From the NCBI RefSeq assembly GCF_963921235.1, contig NC_086097.1, positions 168,890,001 to 168,954,000 on the forward strand: a stretch of 64,000 nucleotides of DNA, read 5' to 3'. Under the pieces are notes generated by a model. That model saw only the letters and a program-made list of their open reading frames with translations, had not been told where the DNA came from and made no database searches. This DNA is from Mobula hypostoma (taxonomy: Eukaryota). This document shows, one piece after another, positions 38,666 through 52,966 of the stretch. The translations under genes and the position numbers were made by a program. Position 1 is the stretch's first letter. Every line of letters starts with the position of its first letter.

Positions 38666-38909
38666 CATTTCTTCAGTTACCACTACAGGTTCAGTCAGAT
38701 ACTATTATGCTTAATTTATGAAACTGCCTGGTATTTAATTGCATCAAATAAAATTTGGCAAGCAAATCGTTCTCACATAAAAATAACACAAATAGGTGAA
38801 ATGAAGCATGAACATATTTTATGATACCAGCCTACATGTCTTTGGAATCTGGAAGGAAACGTGCAGCAATAGGGATAACATGCAAATTTCATATGGACAA
38901 CACCCAATG

Positions 38910-40680
38910 TAATCTGCTATTAACAAATGAGACAAGGCAGGTGACAGAAGTTGGTATAGAGGAACACTTTGCATCCAGTGACCACAATGCCATTAGTTTC
39001 AAAATAAATATGCAAAAAGATAGGTCTGGCCTGCGGGTTGAGATTCTAAACCGCAGAAAGGCCAATTTTGATGGCATCAGAAAGGATCTAGCAAGTGTGG
39101 AATGGGTAAGGCTGTTTTTTGGCAGAGATACTTGGTAAGTGGAAGGTCTTCAAAAGTGAAAGTTTGAGAGAGCAAAGCTTGTTTGTGCCTGTCAGAAGAA
39201 AAAGAAAAGATAATTGGTGTGGAGAAACTTGGTTTTCAAGAAATATTGAGGTGCTTTATAAGAAAAAAAAGAGGCATATTGCTGGTATAGGCAGATGGGA
39301 ACAAATGAGGTGCTTATAAAAAATGCAAAAGAACACTCAAGAAAGAAATCAGGAGGGCTAAAAGAAGGCCTGAGGTTGCCTTAGCAAACAAGGTGAAAGA
39401 AAATCTTAAGGGATTCAGCAGATGTGTTAGGAGCAAAAGGATTGCTCTTAACAATTATTCCTCTGGAAGATCAGAATGGTAATCCATGTGTGGAGCCAAA
39501 ACAGATGGAGGAGATATTAAGTGGATTTCTTTGCATCTGCATTTACTCAGGAGACAGACACAGAGTCTAAAGAACTGGGCAAAGCAGCATCAACTTCATT
39601 AACTCTATACCCATTACAGAGAAAAAGGAAGAGTTTGCTGTCTTGAGGCAAATTAGAAATGAATAAATCCCTAGGGCCTGACAAGGTGTTCCCTCGGACC
39701 TTTCAGAAGGTAAGTGCAGAAATTAACGTGGCCCTAGCAGAGATATTTAAATCATCCTTAGCAGCAGGTCATGTACCAGAGAATTGAAGGATAGCCAATG
39801 TTATTTCACTGTGGAAGAAAGGCTCTAAAAGTAAACCAGAAAATTATAGGCCTGTGAGCCTGATATCAGTAGTGGGAAAGTTATTGACAGATATTCTAAG
39901 GGACCGGATATATGAGTATTTCTATAGACATGGACTGCATTAAAGATGACCAGCATGGCTTTGGGCATTTGACCATGTCCCAAACGGGAAATTAGTCAAG
40001 AAGATTTATTTGTTTGGCATTCAAGATGAGATAGTATTTTCGATTAGACATTGGCTTTGTGGGAGAAGCCAGAGAGTGGTAGTAGATGGTTGCCTCTCTG
40101 ACTGAGGCCTGTGACTAGTGGAGTGCTGCAGGGACTGGTGCTGGGTTCATTGTTGTTTGTCACTTATATCAATGATCTGGATGATAATGTGGTTAACTGG
40201 ATCAGCAAACTTGTGGATGACACCAAGATTAGTGGTGTAGAGTACAGTGAGGAAGACTAGTGTGGCTTGTAGCGGGATCTGTACTAGTTGGAAAACGGCA
40301 GTAGGAATTTGATGCAGACAAGTGCAAGGTGTTGCACTTCAGTAGGACCAACCAGGGTACGTCTTACACAGTGAATGGTAGGATACTGAGGAGTGCGGTA
40401 GAACAAAAGGATCAGGGCTATAATTCATTGAAAGTGGAGTCACAGGTTGATAGGGTCACATTGGCCTTCATAAATCAAAGTATTGAGTACAGAAGATAAG
40501 ATGTTATATTGAAGTTGTATAAGACATTGGTGAAGCCTAATTTGGAGTATTGTGTGCAGTCCTGGTCACCTATCTACAGGAAAAATGTAAATAAATTGAA
40601 AAGATACAGAGAAAATTTACAAGTATTTTGCCAGATCTGGAGGATCTGAGTTATATGGAAAGATTGAATAGATGAGAGAA
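38910..40680 (+). mobile_element. CR1 LINE ORF2 remnant
   Basis: SSDHNAISF (end of endonuclease), NYRPVSL, DDTKI and LVKPNLEYCVQSWSP remnants. Confidence 0.85.
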
Positions 40681-40689
40681 GGAGAATCT

Positions 40690-42680
40690 ATTCAGGTGTA
40701 TCCATATCACGGTGGAGTAAAGGGAATTATAGAGGCATGAGAGAGGAGTTGGCCAGAATTGACTGGAAAAGAACACTGGCAGGGATGATGGCAGAGCAGC
40801 AATGGCTGGAATTTCTGGAAGCAATTCAGAAAGCACAGGATATATACATCCCAAAGAGGAAGAAATATTCTTAAGGAAAGATGACACAACTGTGATTAAT
40901 AAAATAAGTCAAAGCCAGCATAAAAGCCAATGAAAGGGCATATAAAAGAGCAAAAATTAGTGGGAAGTTAGCGGATTGGGAAGCTTTTAAAAATCAATAC
41001 AGGGCAACTAAAAAGTCATTAAGAAGGTAAAGATGGAATATTAAAGTAAGCTAGCCAATAATATTAAAAAGAATACCAAAAGTTTCTTCAGATATATGAA
41101 GTGTAAAAGAAAGATGAAAATTGATTTCCAAAAGCTGGAAAACAAATGCTGGAGAGATAATAATGAGGGACAAGAAAATGTCAGATGAACTGAATAAGTA
41201 TTTTGTAACAGTCTTCACAGTGGAAGACACTAGCAGTATGGTGGAAATTCCAGGTATTAGGGGTCATGAAGTATATGAAGTTACCATACTAGAGAGAAGG
41301 TTATTGGGAAACTGAGAGGTCTGAAAGTAGATAAGTCAACTGAACCAGATGGTGTACACACCAGGGTTCTAAAAGAGATGGCTGAAGTGATTGTGGTGGC
41401 ATTAGTAATGATGTTTCAAAAATCACTTAATTCTGACATGGTTTGGTAAGACTGGAAAATTGCAAATGTCACTCCACTCTTCAAGAAGGCAGAGAGACAG
41501 AGAAAGGAAACTATAGGCCAGTTGATCTAAACTCAGTGGTTGGGAAGATGTTGGAGTCGATTGTCAAGGATGTGGTTTCAAGGTATTTGGAGACCATGGA
41601 GTCTTTGGAGTCTTCACTCTCCAGGGTGCAGGCCTGGGCAAGATTGTATGGAAGACCAGCCGTTGCCCATGCTGCAAGTCTCCCCTCTCTACGACACCGA
41701 TATTTGTCCAAGGGAAGGGCATTAGGACCCATACAGCTCGGCACCAGTGTCATCGCAGAGCAATGTGTGATTAAATGCCTTGCTCAAGGACACAACACCT
41801 TGCCTCGGCTGGGGCTCAAACTCATGACCTTCAGTTCACTAGTCCAATGCCTTAACCACTTGGCCACGTGCCCACAAGGTATTTGGAGGCACATGATAAA
41901 ATAGGGCATAGTCATCATGGTTTCCTCAAGGGAAAATCTTCCTGACAAATCTGTTGGAATGCTTTGAAGAAATGACAAGCAGGATAGACAAAGGAGAATC
42001 AGTTGATATTGTGTACTTTGAATTTTTAGAAGGCCTTTGACAAGGTGCCACACATGAGGTCTCTTAACAAGCTATGAGCCCATGGTATTACAGGAAAGAT
42101 TGTAGCGTGGTTAAAGCAGTGGCTGATTGGCAAAAAGCGAAGAGTGGGCATATAGAGAGTTTTTTCTGGTTGGCTGCCAGTGACTAGTAGGGTCTGTGTT
42201 GGGACTGATTCTTTTTATGTGATATGTCAAGGATTTGGATAATGGAACTGGTGGCTTTGTTGCAAAATTTGCAGATGATATGAAAATAGGTGGAGGGGCA
42301 GGTAGTTTTGAGGAAATAGGGAGGCTACAGAAGGACGTAGGCAGATTAGGAGAATGAGCAAAGAAATAGCAGATGGAACACAATGTCAAAAATTATACGG
42401 TCATGAACTTTGGTAGAAGAATTGAAAGAGTTGACTATTTTCTAAATGGAGAGAAAATACTAAAAACTGAGTCACTAAGGCACTTATAAGTCCTTGTACA
42501 GGATTCCCTGAAGGTACATCTTCAGGTTGAGCCTGTGGTAAAGAAGGCAAATGCAATAGTAGCATCTCCAATTCAAGAGGACTCAAATATAAAAGCAAGG
42601 ATGAAATGTTGGGACTCTATAAAGCACTGGTGAGGCCTCACTTGGAGTATTGTGAGCAGGTTTGGGCCCCTTATCTTAGA
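40690..42680 (+). mobile_element. Second CR1 ORF2 remnant, interrupted by a SINE
   Basis: DELNKYFVTVFTVED, KGNYRPV, KFADD and [22 protein letters not shown]. Confidence 0.85.
41593..41874 (-). mobile_element. tRNA-derived SINE with a CORE-like segment
   Basis: Minus strand: A-box TGGCCAAGTGG, B-box-like GAGTTTGAGCCC, then gtgtccttgagcaaggcatttaa; 14-bp TSD caaggtatttggag at 41579-41592 and 41875-41888. Confidence 0.85.
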
Positions 42681-43184
42681 GAGCATCAACATCACCAGCT
42701 AAACCAGCAAACTTTCGTTCTTAGAAGGATAAAGTCATCAAAAATAATGAATGGCCATCACCCTGAAATGTTAGGCCTGGTTTTTAATGCACAATAAGCT
42801 ACCTGACCCGCTGAGTCATTCCAGCATTACCTGTTTTTATTTTAGATTTCTACTATGTGCAATTGCAGTTTTTTTTTACTTTTCACCTAAAAACAAAGGT
42901 GCACAAAATGAACAATAGAAGATTATCTATCAAAGTTCATTCTTTTTCTTTTATGCAGTTAATATAGCTGGTACCAGTATCTCAATAAAACTAGAACTAT
43001 ATGAAATTAAATCAAAATTCCTCACCCAAACATATGTTTACATTATATATAGATCTCTATATAAAAGAGGTAAACTACTTAACACCTGCTCAGTACTTTG
43101 GACACAAATAATAGCTACATAGCTCTATAGCATTGCAATCTCAGTCCCAAAGGAATTTTAGCACTAAATGTTAAGCTTATTTTT

Positions 43185-43660
43185 TATGTTATTGTGTGCA
43201 ATTCCGGTCACCCGTTACATTGTTTATATTTCTGTTTGCCCTTTTACAGGAAGAATGTGGAGACTTTGGAAAGGGTATAGAAATGCTTTACCCAGATGTT
43301 GCCTGGATTAGAGGGTACGAGTTATAAGGATGGGTTGGACGAATTGGGTTATTTACTCTGGAGAAACTAATGAGGGACCTGACAGAAGTATATAAAATTA
43401 TGAGAGGCACAGATACAGTAGGTAGTCAGAATCTTTCTCCCAGTACAAATGTCAAACACTAGAAGACATATAGTTAAGGTGAGAAGGGATGTTCACCTTT
43501 GCAAGGGATGTTTAAAGGAGATGTTCAGGGCAAGTATTTTTAAACAGTTATAGGTTGAACAGGCTGCCAGAAATAGAAGTGGAAGCAGATATGGCATCAT
43601 GCTTGGTGCAAGAACACTGTGGGCCAAAGGGCCTGTTTCAGCATTGAACTGTTTTATGTC
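43185..43660 (+). mobile_element. CR1 3' fragment
   Basis: tattgtgtgcaattccggtcacc, ttgcctggattagaggg and a gggccaaagggcctgtt tail. Confidence 0.75.
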
Positions 43661-45216
43661 TGTATTTTAAGAACTGGAATAGGCTGCAAATATTTCCATT
43701 GTAATTTACATCTACAAGCCTGTTAATGATCTTGTGGCAATTCCCAAAACAGTTTCCTGTTTCTTTAATATCAGGGAAAAATAAAATTAACAAATAAGAA
43801 GTGCCCTATGGGTATAAATACGTATTCAAAGCTGTAAATAATAAGTATGATTCAGAGATAGTAACATTTGGGATTGGTTGAGATTTCCATGCTAGTCCTG
43901 TTGCTAAATAACTTTAAAATGTTCAAGAATGAATTAAAATTGAAGGATTTGGAAAGGAAAGAGGATCATCCAGTCGGAGATTATGCAATTCAATTCTTTG
44001 CTAGACCAACAGAGAATTAGAAATACGGTATTTTACCTGCAGTGTAATTGTCACCAACATCAATTAATTTCTATATTTGAGAAGCTGTTTGCATTTCAGT
44101 TATGTAAATAGTCTTTCAGCTGTCAGCTGCCTTGTTTATTTCTGACCATATAATTAGAAAGTAATTCTCTGTGAAGTCCTAGTGATTACCTAAGCACCGA
44201 GAATATCCCAGGTGGAATTATGCCAATTTAACTGATCTTGCTCAATTCAACAGCAGAGGCACTACAGATGATATTCATGGAGTTTATAGAATCACTTTCT
44301 AATTACTATCCAGTTGTCAGCAATTCTTACATACGTGAATTAGGTAACATCTTAGCTGTGACAGAGAAATGGAACAAACACTATCGTCAAAATCTAAACA
44401 TCACATATCAAAACTGAGGTATGTGAGTGGCATTTTGGAAACCACATCAAGGAAAAATTCATGAATCAGAAAGGATTGGATGAAAGGTAGAAATCTAGCA
44501 AAAAAATCTATCTTCAGTGATTAAATATTTCAAAATCAGTTGGTTTGGGAAATGCTCAGTGGAGCCCATATTCTGAATGCTTTGGCTATCAATATGGATT
44601 AAATATTTGAGCAACAAAAACAATTTGGTGAGGACAATGAGATACTGATCTTTGTGCGGTAGTGCACTAGATAGGCACAAGCTGTTACAGTTGCCTGGAA
44701 GTCCAATAAAATGCTGGAAGAATTTAATAGTCTAGAAGCAACCATGCAGTGAACCAAGCAGGAAGTATCAAACTAGAAACCTTTAGAAATATTACAGCTT
44801 TAAACTAAAGACAGACAAGAGAAAATTGGGAGGGAAGAGCAAAAGAATCAGTGATAGGGTGGGAGATAGAAATGATTAATGTCAGAAATGAAAGTAGAAT
44901 CACGGAAAAAGACGGTGTTGATAGACATGGAAAGAAAAATAGGTCAACAGTTATGATTTGAAAGTGTTAAAATAAATATTGAGCTCAAAAGATTGCAGAA
45001 CACTTAATCAAAATGTGAAGAGCTGATCTTCAGGTTTCTGCAGAGCTAACCAGAACAATGCAAGAGACAGAGATCAGAAAGGAAGCTTGATCAATACTTT
45101 TAGAGAAATACTAGAAGAGAGTTTTGCCATGCAGCATGTCACCATGTAAAACACAGATAAGGAGGTTATGGTTTTGCACTCTAAGCAGAGACCTGTTAAA
45201 TTATGAGATTATTCAA

Positions 45217-45500
45217 GGGGGTAGCACAGTGGTGCAGTGACAGTGCTATTTCTCCACAGCTTTACAACCTTTGGTGCAGAGCTGTGTGGAGTTTGCATGT
45301 TCTCCCTGAGAGTACTTTGATTTTCCTCAGATGCTCAGATTTCCTCCACGTCCCAAAGAAATACTAATTGGTAGGTTAACTGGCTACTGTAAATTATCCT
45401 TTGTGAATAGGTATGAGATAGGAAAATTGGGAGGGGTTTTGTAGTTAACGATGCATGAGGGAGAGTAGATCAGTGGAACAGTTTCTTTCTGTGTCTTATG
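45217..45500 (+). mobile_element. V-SINE-like (HE1/HER1-type) SINE, decayed; a partial second copy lies at about 45638-45780
   Basis: tRNA-like head gtagcacagtggtgcagtg and V-domain-like gtgtggagtttgcatgttctccc...tttcctccac.tcccaaaga...ggtaggttaactgg. Confidence 0.65.
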
Positions 45501-45949
45501 AAAATAGGATACTATCAGCATAAGACTAAGTTAAAAGTACTAAAGATCTTGCTCACAATACCAAAAGATCTGCTGGCAAGCCTGATTTATGGGTATAAGA
45601 TTACTTCTTATCTTCTTTAGTCAAGTTGATGATATCAGATTTCTCACAATCCAAGGATGTACCAGTTAGTAGGTTAATTGGTCATTCTAAATTGTCCTGT
45701 GATTAGGCTAGTGTTAAGTAGGTGGGTTGCTGGGCCGTGCAGCTCGTTGGAACTGTTCCACACTAGATTGATGGATAGAAAGAAGAATCCAAGTAACCTA
45801 ATCACAATTCACTTACTTTCTTCTATTGATCTGGACAAAACCATATCTTCCTATAAAATGCAAAACTTTTAGTATTGAACATTATTAATAAAAATGTTTA
45901 AAATAAATTCACAATGACAAATTCAGGTGTTATTCCTGTTTTAGATCAT

Positions 45950-46960
45950 TTATAGAGCCATAGAACTGTACAGCAAAGAAATGGAGCATTTGGTCCATCA
46001 TGTTCACAATAATCTTTCTCCCCATCTACACCAATCCCTTTAGGACAAGATCCTTCTTTTCCTTGCCTATTTAACTGCTTGTCTAAAACATCTCTTAAAT
46101 GTAATAACTGCATCTGATCCCACCACTTCCTCTGGCAACGAGTTCTAAATATCAACTATAATGAGTAAATAAAAATACCCCTCAGATCCTCTTTATAACT
46201 CCCTCCTCTCACCTTAGACCCATATCCTCATGTTTATTTTCAAAGGATAAAAAATTCTATCGAAAATAACAAAAATGTTGAAAGTACTCATCAAGCTAGG
46301 CCACATCTGCAGAAAGAGAGAAAGAACGCTGATGAAAGATTTCAATCTGAATATTAGCTCTGTTTCTCTTCCCACAGATCTGCCCTGGCCTGTTTGGTAT
46401 TTTCTGTTTTTATTTTAGATTTCCAGTATCTGCAGTGCAAAATTTGATTTTCATTTGTCTATCTACCCCATCTATGCCTCTCATGATCTTATATCTATTT
46501 ACAAGGTCATGCCTCAGCTTCCTTTACTCCAAGGAAAACTAGCCCATCCCAACCATTCTCTCTCCATATTTAAGATTGCCCAATATATAGGTAACAGCTT
46601 GGTAAATCTCTGTACTACCCCAGATCAATCACATCTTTGTGGTGACCAGAACTGTACATAATACTTGCTCCAAGAACAGGTTAACCAGTGTTTTGTAAAG
46701 TTATACAGTACTTTATTCTGCCAATCCTTTTATACTATCCCCTGACCAGTGTAGGGAAGCATGCCATATACCTCTTTCACTTTCAAGGAACTATAGACTT
46801 GAATCCCAAGGTCATTCTGTTCATCACTACTTCTTAGTGTCCTACTATGTACTGTATATATCTGACTCCTATTTGACTTCTCAAAATGCATTATTTTGGA
46901 TTTGTCAGGATTAAATTTCATCTGCCAACACTCAACTCCACCTTCTGACTGACCCATATA
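45950..46960 (-). mobile_element. Degraded CR1 3' portion with a nested Penelope-derived element (about 46260-46450)
   Basis: Antisense WQMKFNPDKSKIMHF; catagaac tail; nested ctgatgaaag...ttccagtatctgcag. Confidence 0.7.
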
Positions 46961-47489
46961 TTCAGATCTGTCACAAGTCCAGTAGAATACTATTGCAGAG
47001 AAAAACAATAGCATTATGGAAAATCAGAGGCTGCTTGGAAGTGACTTCCAACAGGAATTTGTAATGTAGAATTGAACATCATAGCATAACAGATTCTGCA
47101 GATGCTGGAAATATTGAATAACACATGCAAAATATTGAAGAAACTTAGCACGTCAGGGCGGCATTTATAGGATGTCCACAGATGCTGTCTGACTTGCTGA
47201 GCTCCTCCAGCATTCTGCGTGTGTTGCTAAGGACTGATATATAACTGGTTTATTATTGGCACATATACTGACACAATGAAAAGCTTTTGTTTTGTGCACC
47301 ATCCAGATAGATCATATCATACATATTTACATTAGGTACGAAAAGAAAACAGAAAACAGTTACAGAGAAAATTCAGTGTGGGCAGACAAATGAATGCAAG
47401 AGTCAGGACTAGATAGATTTGGAGATTAAGACTTCAAGAGTTTGTTTCTTCTTTGTGTACAAAAGGTCCATTCATGAGTCTGATAACAA

Positions 47490-49140
47490 CTTTATACTTT
47501 ATTGTCGCCAAACAATTGATACTAGAATGTACAATCATCACAGCAATATTTGATTCTGCGCTTCCTGCTCCCTGGATTACAAATCGATAGTAAATATTAA
47601 AAATTTAAATTATAGATCATAAATAGAAAATAGAAAAATGGAAAGTAAGGTAGTGCAAAAAAACCGAGAGGCAGGTCCAGATATTTGGAGGGTACGGCCC
47701 AGATCCGGGTCAGGATCCCTTCAGTAGTCTTATCACAGTTGGAGAGAAGCTGTTCCCAAATCTGGCCGTACAAGTCTTCAAGCTCCTGAGCCTTCTCCTG
47801 GAGGGACGGGGGATGAAAAGTATGTTGGCTGGGTGAGTTGTGTCCTTGATTATCCTGGCAGCACTGCTCCGACAGCATGCGGTGTAAGGTGAGTCCAAGG
47901 ATGGAAGATTGGTTTGTGTGATGTGCTGCACCGTGTTCACGATCTTCTGCAGCTTCTTCCGGTCTTGGAAAGGACAACTTCCATACCAGGTTGTGATGCA
48001 CCCTAGAAGAATGCTTTCTACGGTGCATCTATAACAATTAGTGAGGGTTTTAGGTGACAGGCCAAATTTCTTTAGTTTTCTCAGGAAGTAAAGGCGCTGG
48101 TGGGCCTTCTTGGCAGTGGACTCTGCTTGGTTGGACCAAGTCAGGTCATTTGTGATATTGACCCCGAGGAACTTAAAGCTTTTGATCTGTTCCACTTGCG
48201 CACCACCGATATAAATTGGGTTGTGTGGTCCGCTACTCCTTCTGAAGTCAACAACCAATTCCTTCGTCTTGCTGACATTGAGGGATAGGTTATTGTCTTC
48301 GCACCATGCCACCAGGTTCTTAATTTCCTCTCTGTCCTCAAACTCATCATTACCCGAGATACGGCCTACAATTGTTGTGTCATCAGCAAACTTATATATT
48401 GAGTTTGATGGAAACTTGGCTACACAATCATGGGTGTACAGTGAGTACAGCAGGGGGCTGAGTACACAGCTTTGTGGGGCACCGGTGCTCAGAGTGATTG
48501 TAGAGGAGAGCTCGTCCCCTATTTTTACAGCCTGGGTCCTGTCTGTGAGGAAGTTGAAGATCTAGCTGCAGATCTGAGTGCTAAGGCCCAGGTTCTGGAG
48601 CTTAGGAATCAGTTTAGTTGGAATGATGGTATTAAAGGCAGAGCTATAGTCAATGAAAAGGAGCCTTACATATGCGTCTTTATTCTCCAGGTGTTCTAAG
48701 GAGGAATGTAGGACCAGAGAGATGGCATCTGCCGTTGACCTGTTGCTCCAGTAGGTGAACTGCAAAGCATCGAGGTTGACTGGTAGGCTGTGGTTGATGT
48801 GTGCCATAACAATTGCTCGAAGCACTTCATAGCAAGTGATGTCAGAGCCACAGGTCAATAGTCATTCAGGCATGCCATCTTGCTCTTCTTCGGCACTGGG
48901 ATTATCGTTGCCTTCTTAAAACATGAGGGGATCTTAGACTGAAGCAAGGAGCAGCTGAAGATGTCAGCAAACACTCCAGCTAACTCGCTTGCACAGGCCC
49001 GGAGAACCCGTCCCGGGACGCCATCTGGGCTGGTCGCCTTCCTTGGATTTATCTTCAGGAAGGCCCTTCTAACGTCCTCCTCGGTGACGATGAATCTCGA
49101 TGCCGCCAGGTCCGGTTCATCCGGAGGGAGCGGGACAATG
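47490..49140 (-). mobile_element. Young Rex1/Babar-type LINE nested in an older Rex1-like 3' end
   Basis: ORFs with [62 protein letters not shown] and KKAHQRLYFLRKLKKFG; tail caataaagtataaa; CpGs retained. Confidence 0.9.
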
Positions 49141-50229
49141 GGAGGGGAGCTGCTCTGGGGGTATGTACTCTCAAGATATTGTATCTTCTGCCCTTTAGGA
49201 GAGTGGAGAAGGCAGAATGATCGCATCCTTGTGTCTTGATCATGAGCTCTCAATCTAATTCCTTGATTTATTTTTGTCTACCTGCACTATACTTTCTCTG
49301 TAACTGCAACAGTATATTCTGCATTTTGTTTTTTTTTATTTTCTCGTAATAATGCATGTCATTTGTCTGGATGCCACACAACACTTTAACTGCATGAAGT
49401 ACATCTGATAATAAAAAGAAACAACGTTAACTCTGTTCCTCCTCCCACAGGTGCGAACTGATCTGTTGTTTTTGGACTGTCGTCCTCAAAAGGCTGTAGA
49501 GGCAGAGACTCAGTGTTTTCAAGGCAATGTTTTCAAGTTAGTTTGGGTAGAACAGAATGCAGACCAGGTTTATAATTTGATCATCCATGGAGAATTTGTG
49601 AGGGGCTGAGAGGCCTACTCATGCTACAAGATTCTAAGTTGTAAAAGAAGAAATCAATAGCTGACTTTACAATGTGCATAACAAAGTAGCAAATGATTAT
49701 GATCTACAAACTCTAGAGAAGGAGAATTCAAGGTTAGAAAAATGTGAATTTAATAAAATTGCAGGAAATGACCATGAAGTCAAAATTCACAAATGCATCT
49801 CAGTGAAAAGAACCTACAATCCCTACTCAGATAGGTCTTCACACATATTAGTTCCACCCTCCCTGGATGACTGTTAATACACCATTACATAGTCTAACAA
49901 CAGTAAAAAGAATCATTCAAAAAGATGATTCACGAGTTCCGTCTCAGAGACAAAATGTTGCCCCATATCCTGGAAACTGTTTGGAAAAACTACCAAGTAG
50001 TATCGATAAGGGAATTTACCAATAAACTTCAAAGAAAGTGAAGACATTATATACTGGCTGCATAAATCAAACAATTTATGACAGTTTTTGTTAAGAATAT
50101 CTTTGAATGTAAACATTTGGAAAAGTCTGTCAGGTATAAAAACTCAAAAGAAAAATGCAAGCTTTTAAAATTCATGTTAGCCTCAAATGTACAAGGCTAA
50201 TAAACACCTCCTTATAAAAATAATTAATG

Positions 50230-50712
50230 GGATGCAGGTGATATTGGAAAGGACAATTCTTATTGTTCAACCCAAATTTCTTCTGTATTTGAGCGGTTTG
50301 CTTGGTCACTCAGAAGGCAGTTAAGATTCAAAATAAGTCCATGGATTTACACAAACACGAGAAAATCTGCGGATGCTGGAAATCTAAAGCAACCCACACA
50401 AAACACTGGAGGAACTTAGCAGGCCAGGCGGCATCTATGGTAAAGAGTAAACGGTCAACGTTTCAGGTCAAGGTGAAGGGTCTCGGCCTGAGACATTTGA
50501 CTGTTTATTCTTTTCTACAGATTATGCCTGGCTTGCTGACTTCCTCCAGCATTTTATGTGTGTTGCATACACACCAGACCAGTAGATTTCCTTCACTAAA
50601 GGACATCAGTGAACCTGATGTGAATTTGCAATCCAATCATTGTAACTGGTGCTAGGTTTTAATTCCAGATGTATTCAGAATCATTAGTCCAGATCTCTGG
50701 ATTACCAGTCGA
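50230..50712 (-). mobile_element. Decayed shark Deu-SINE-like (SacSINE1-like) element with a nested Penelope-derived fold-back (about 50350-50566)
   Basis: agatttccttcactaaaggacatcagtgaacc and ttaattccagat motifs; nested aaacacgagaaaatctgcggatgctgg...ccagcattttatgtgtgttgc. Confidence 0.5.
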
Positions 50713-50734
50713 ATAAAATGATTAATCTAGGGTC

Positions 50735-52350
50735 CTAGAGTCATACAGCATGGAATTACGTCCTTTGGCCCAACTCATCCGTATGAACAAAGATGCCTTC
50801 TGAGTTAATCTCTTTGCCTGTTTATGGACCATATCCCTCTAAACCTTTCCTTTCCATGTATCTTAAAAACCAGGACTTTAAACATTGTAATTGAGCCTGC
50901 ATCTACTACTTCATCTACCACTATATACTCACTACCCTCGATGTGAAAAATTGCCTGGGAAAGCTCTTTCAAAGCTTGTATCCTGTGTTCCAATCCCTCT
51001 CCTTCTAGTCCATTTATGTTCTGAATCTTAGGCCCCACCCCCACTATTTCCAAGCTGCCACTCAGTTTCTTCTCCCTTCCCCAGTGATTCCATCTGCCCA
51101 CCCTTTCCTCCTTTATCTGGTTCTACTTATCACGTTAGTTACTACTCATATTCCAGAAGCTAAGCCTTTTGTTATATTCACTTATCATCTTCCTGCCTCT
51201 GATTCTACTTCCAGCCTTACATTCTGCCCACCTAATTTCATCCTTCCTTTCTCACCTGAATCCATCTATTATCTGCTAGTTCCTTCCTCGCTTTCCAAAA
51301 CCAGCTAACTCCCTTCTACACTCTCAGTCCTGATGCAGAGTCTTGACCCAAAATGTCAACTACTCCCCTGTATCCATAGATGCTACCTGACCCACTGAGT
51401 TCCTTTTTTAACAATTTGCTTTTTGCTCCAGATTCCAGCATCCCCACTTAAATCTTTCTCCTCTCACCTGAAACCTATTGCTTCAAGCTTTAGGGTTCCC
51501 TACTCCAGAAAAAAAAAGAGACTATGACCATCCACCTCATCTAAGCCTATTTCACTCCAAAGAAATAATTCCACACTATCCAGTCTTTCCAGACCAAGTA
51601 ACATCCTTGAGAATATTTCCTGTTTCTTTAGCTTAATCACATCCTTCCTATAGCTTAGCAATCACAATTGCTCATGATTCTCCAAGTGTGATTTCACCAA
51701 CATCTCCTGCAGGTGTAACATGGTGTCCCAACTCTGGTACTCAATGACCTGACTAATGAAGGCAGGCCGTCAGATATGTTCTTCACTACCCATGTCACTA
51801 CTTTCAGGGAATTATGTACTTGTATCCCAAGATTATGCCATTCACTGAGTATGTACTTTCATAGTTTAACTCACCAAAATACATCACCACATTTATCTGA
51901 GTTAAATTCCATCTGTCATTCCTTTGCTTCTTTTCAATTTCTTCTATATCCTGATGTAAATTTAACTAAACTTATTCACTGTCCACTATACCATCAATTT
52001 TGGTGCCATCTGCAAACTTACTAATCATGCCAGGTACTTTCTGATCTGAAATGTTAATATATATTTAAGACAGACAACAGGGGAAGGAGTACTGTCCTCT
52101 ATAGCACACCACTGGTCACAGGCCTCCACACTGAAATACAATCCTCCAACTACCACCCTTTGACTCCTACCACCAAACTAATTTTGTATCCAATTGGGTC
52201 CCATGTGATCTAACCTTCCAGATCAGCCATCTACATGAGATCTTGCCTAAGGCCTTGCTAAAGTCCATGTAGACATCTACTGTTCTTCCTTCATTGGGGA
52301 ACTCTTCAAAAATATCAAATCTGAGAGATGTGATTTCTCATGCACAAAAC
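50735..52350 (-). mobile_element. Degraded CR1 with a nested Penelope fragment (about 50970-51445)
   Basis: Antisense ttagtaagtttgcagatggcaccaaaat (SKFADGTK); nested cagtcCTGATGcagagtcttgacccAAAAtgtcaact, a decayed hammerhead. Confidence 0.7.
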
Positions 52351-52966
52351 CATATAACCATACCTCGTAAATTTGTGTTTAACCAAAAATCACTTCAAAA
52401 AATCCTATCTTTAATGCTTCAAAATTAAAATATCAATGTCAATTGGTATCTGTGATGTTGTGATTAAATTAAAATACATTTGTCTATGTGTGCTGCACTT
52501 ACCTCTGGGTTGTGAAGTCAAAGGACAATATTAACTTATTGTTCTATCCAAAGCTACACTAAATGGAATTTAAAGACACAATTTTCCAAAAAATGTTCAC
52601 AGCATCCTCTCCTATCACTTAGGTGAACTGAGAGAACCTGTTAAACACGATCTAGTTTTTGCATTCTCTGTATGTCAAAAGAGGAATGAAAACAAAATTC
52701 CAGTTGCACAAGTACTTAAGAGTTTTAGTTTTTTGTCTTAACATTACAAATATTCTGATTACAATTGGATATCTTTATATTGAAAGCAAAAATTATTGTA
52801 AATACAAGATGAATATTTTATTCAATTTAATCAACAGCATAACCTAAAATATCGTCCAATGAATTATATAATATTCATCTCATATGAACAACATCTTGAT
52901 TTATCTGAATAATTTATTTTTGCTGATCATTTTAATGTGAGTGGGGGAAGAGGTCTTTTTAAACAT

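Noticed and set aside
41800..41874. tRNA gene
   Set aside because: The A/B boxes continue directly into a SINE body bounded by a TSD.
44037..44100. DVGDNYTA before a GT donor as an LDLa-domain exon
   Set aside because: It lacks the cysteine pattern and has an in-frame TAG a few codons upstream.
52503..52637. Possible extra LDLRAD4 exon (minus strand, tttaacAG ... GAG|GTAAGT)
   Set aside because: The frame needed to join the phase-1 TM exon has a stop and no ATG, and there is no similarity to the LDLa exon. At most a cryptic or non-coding exon.
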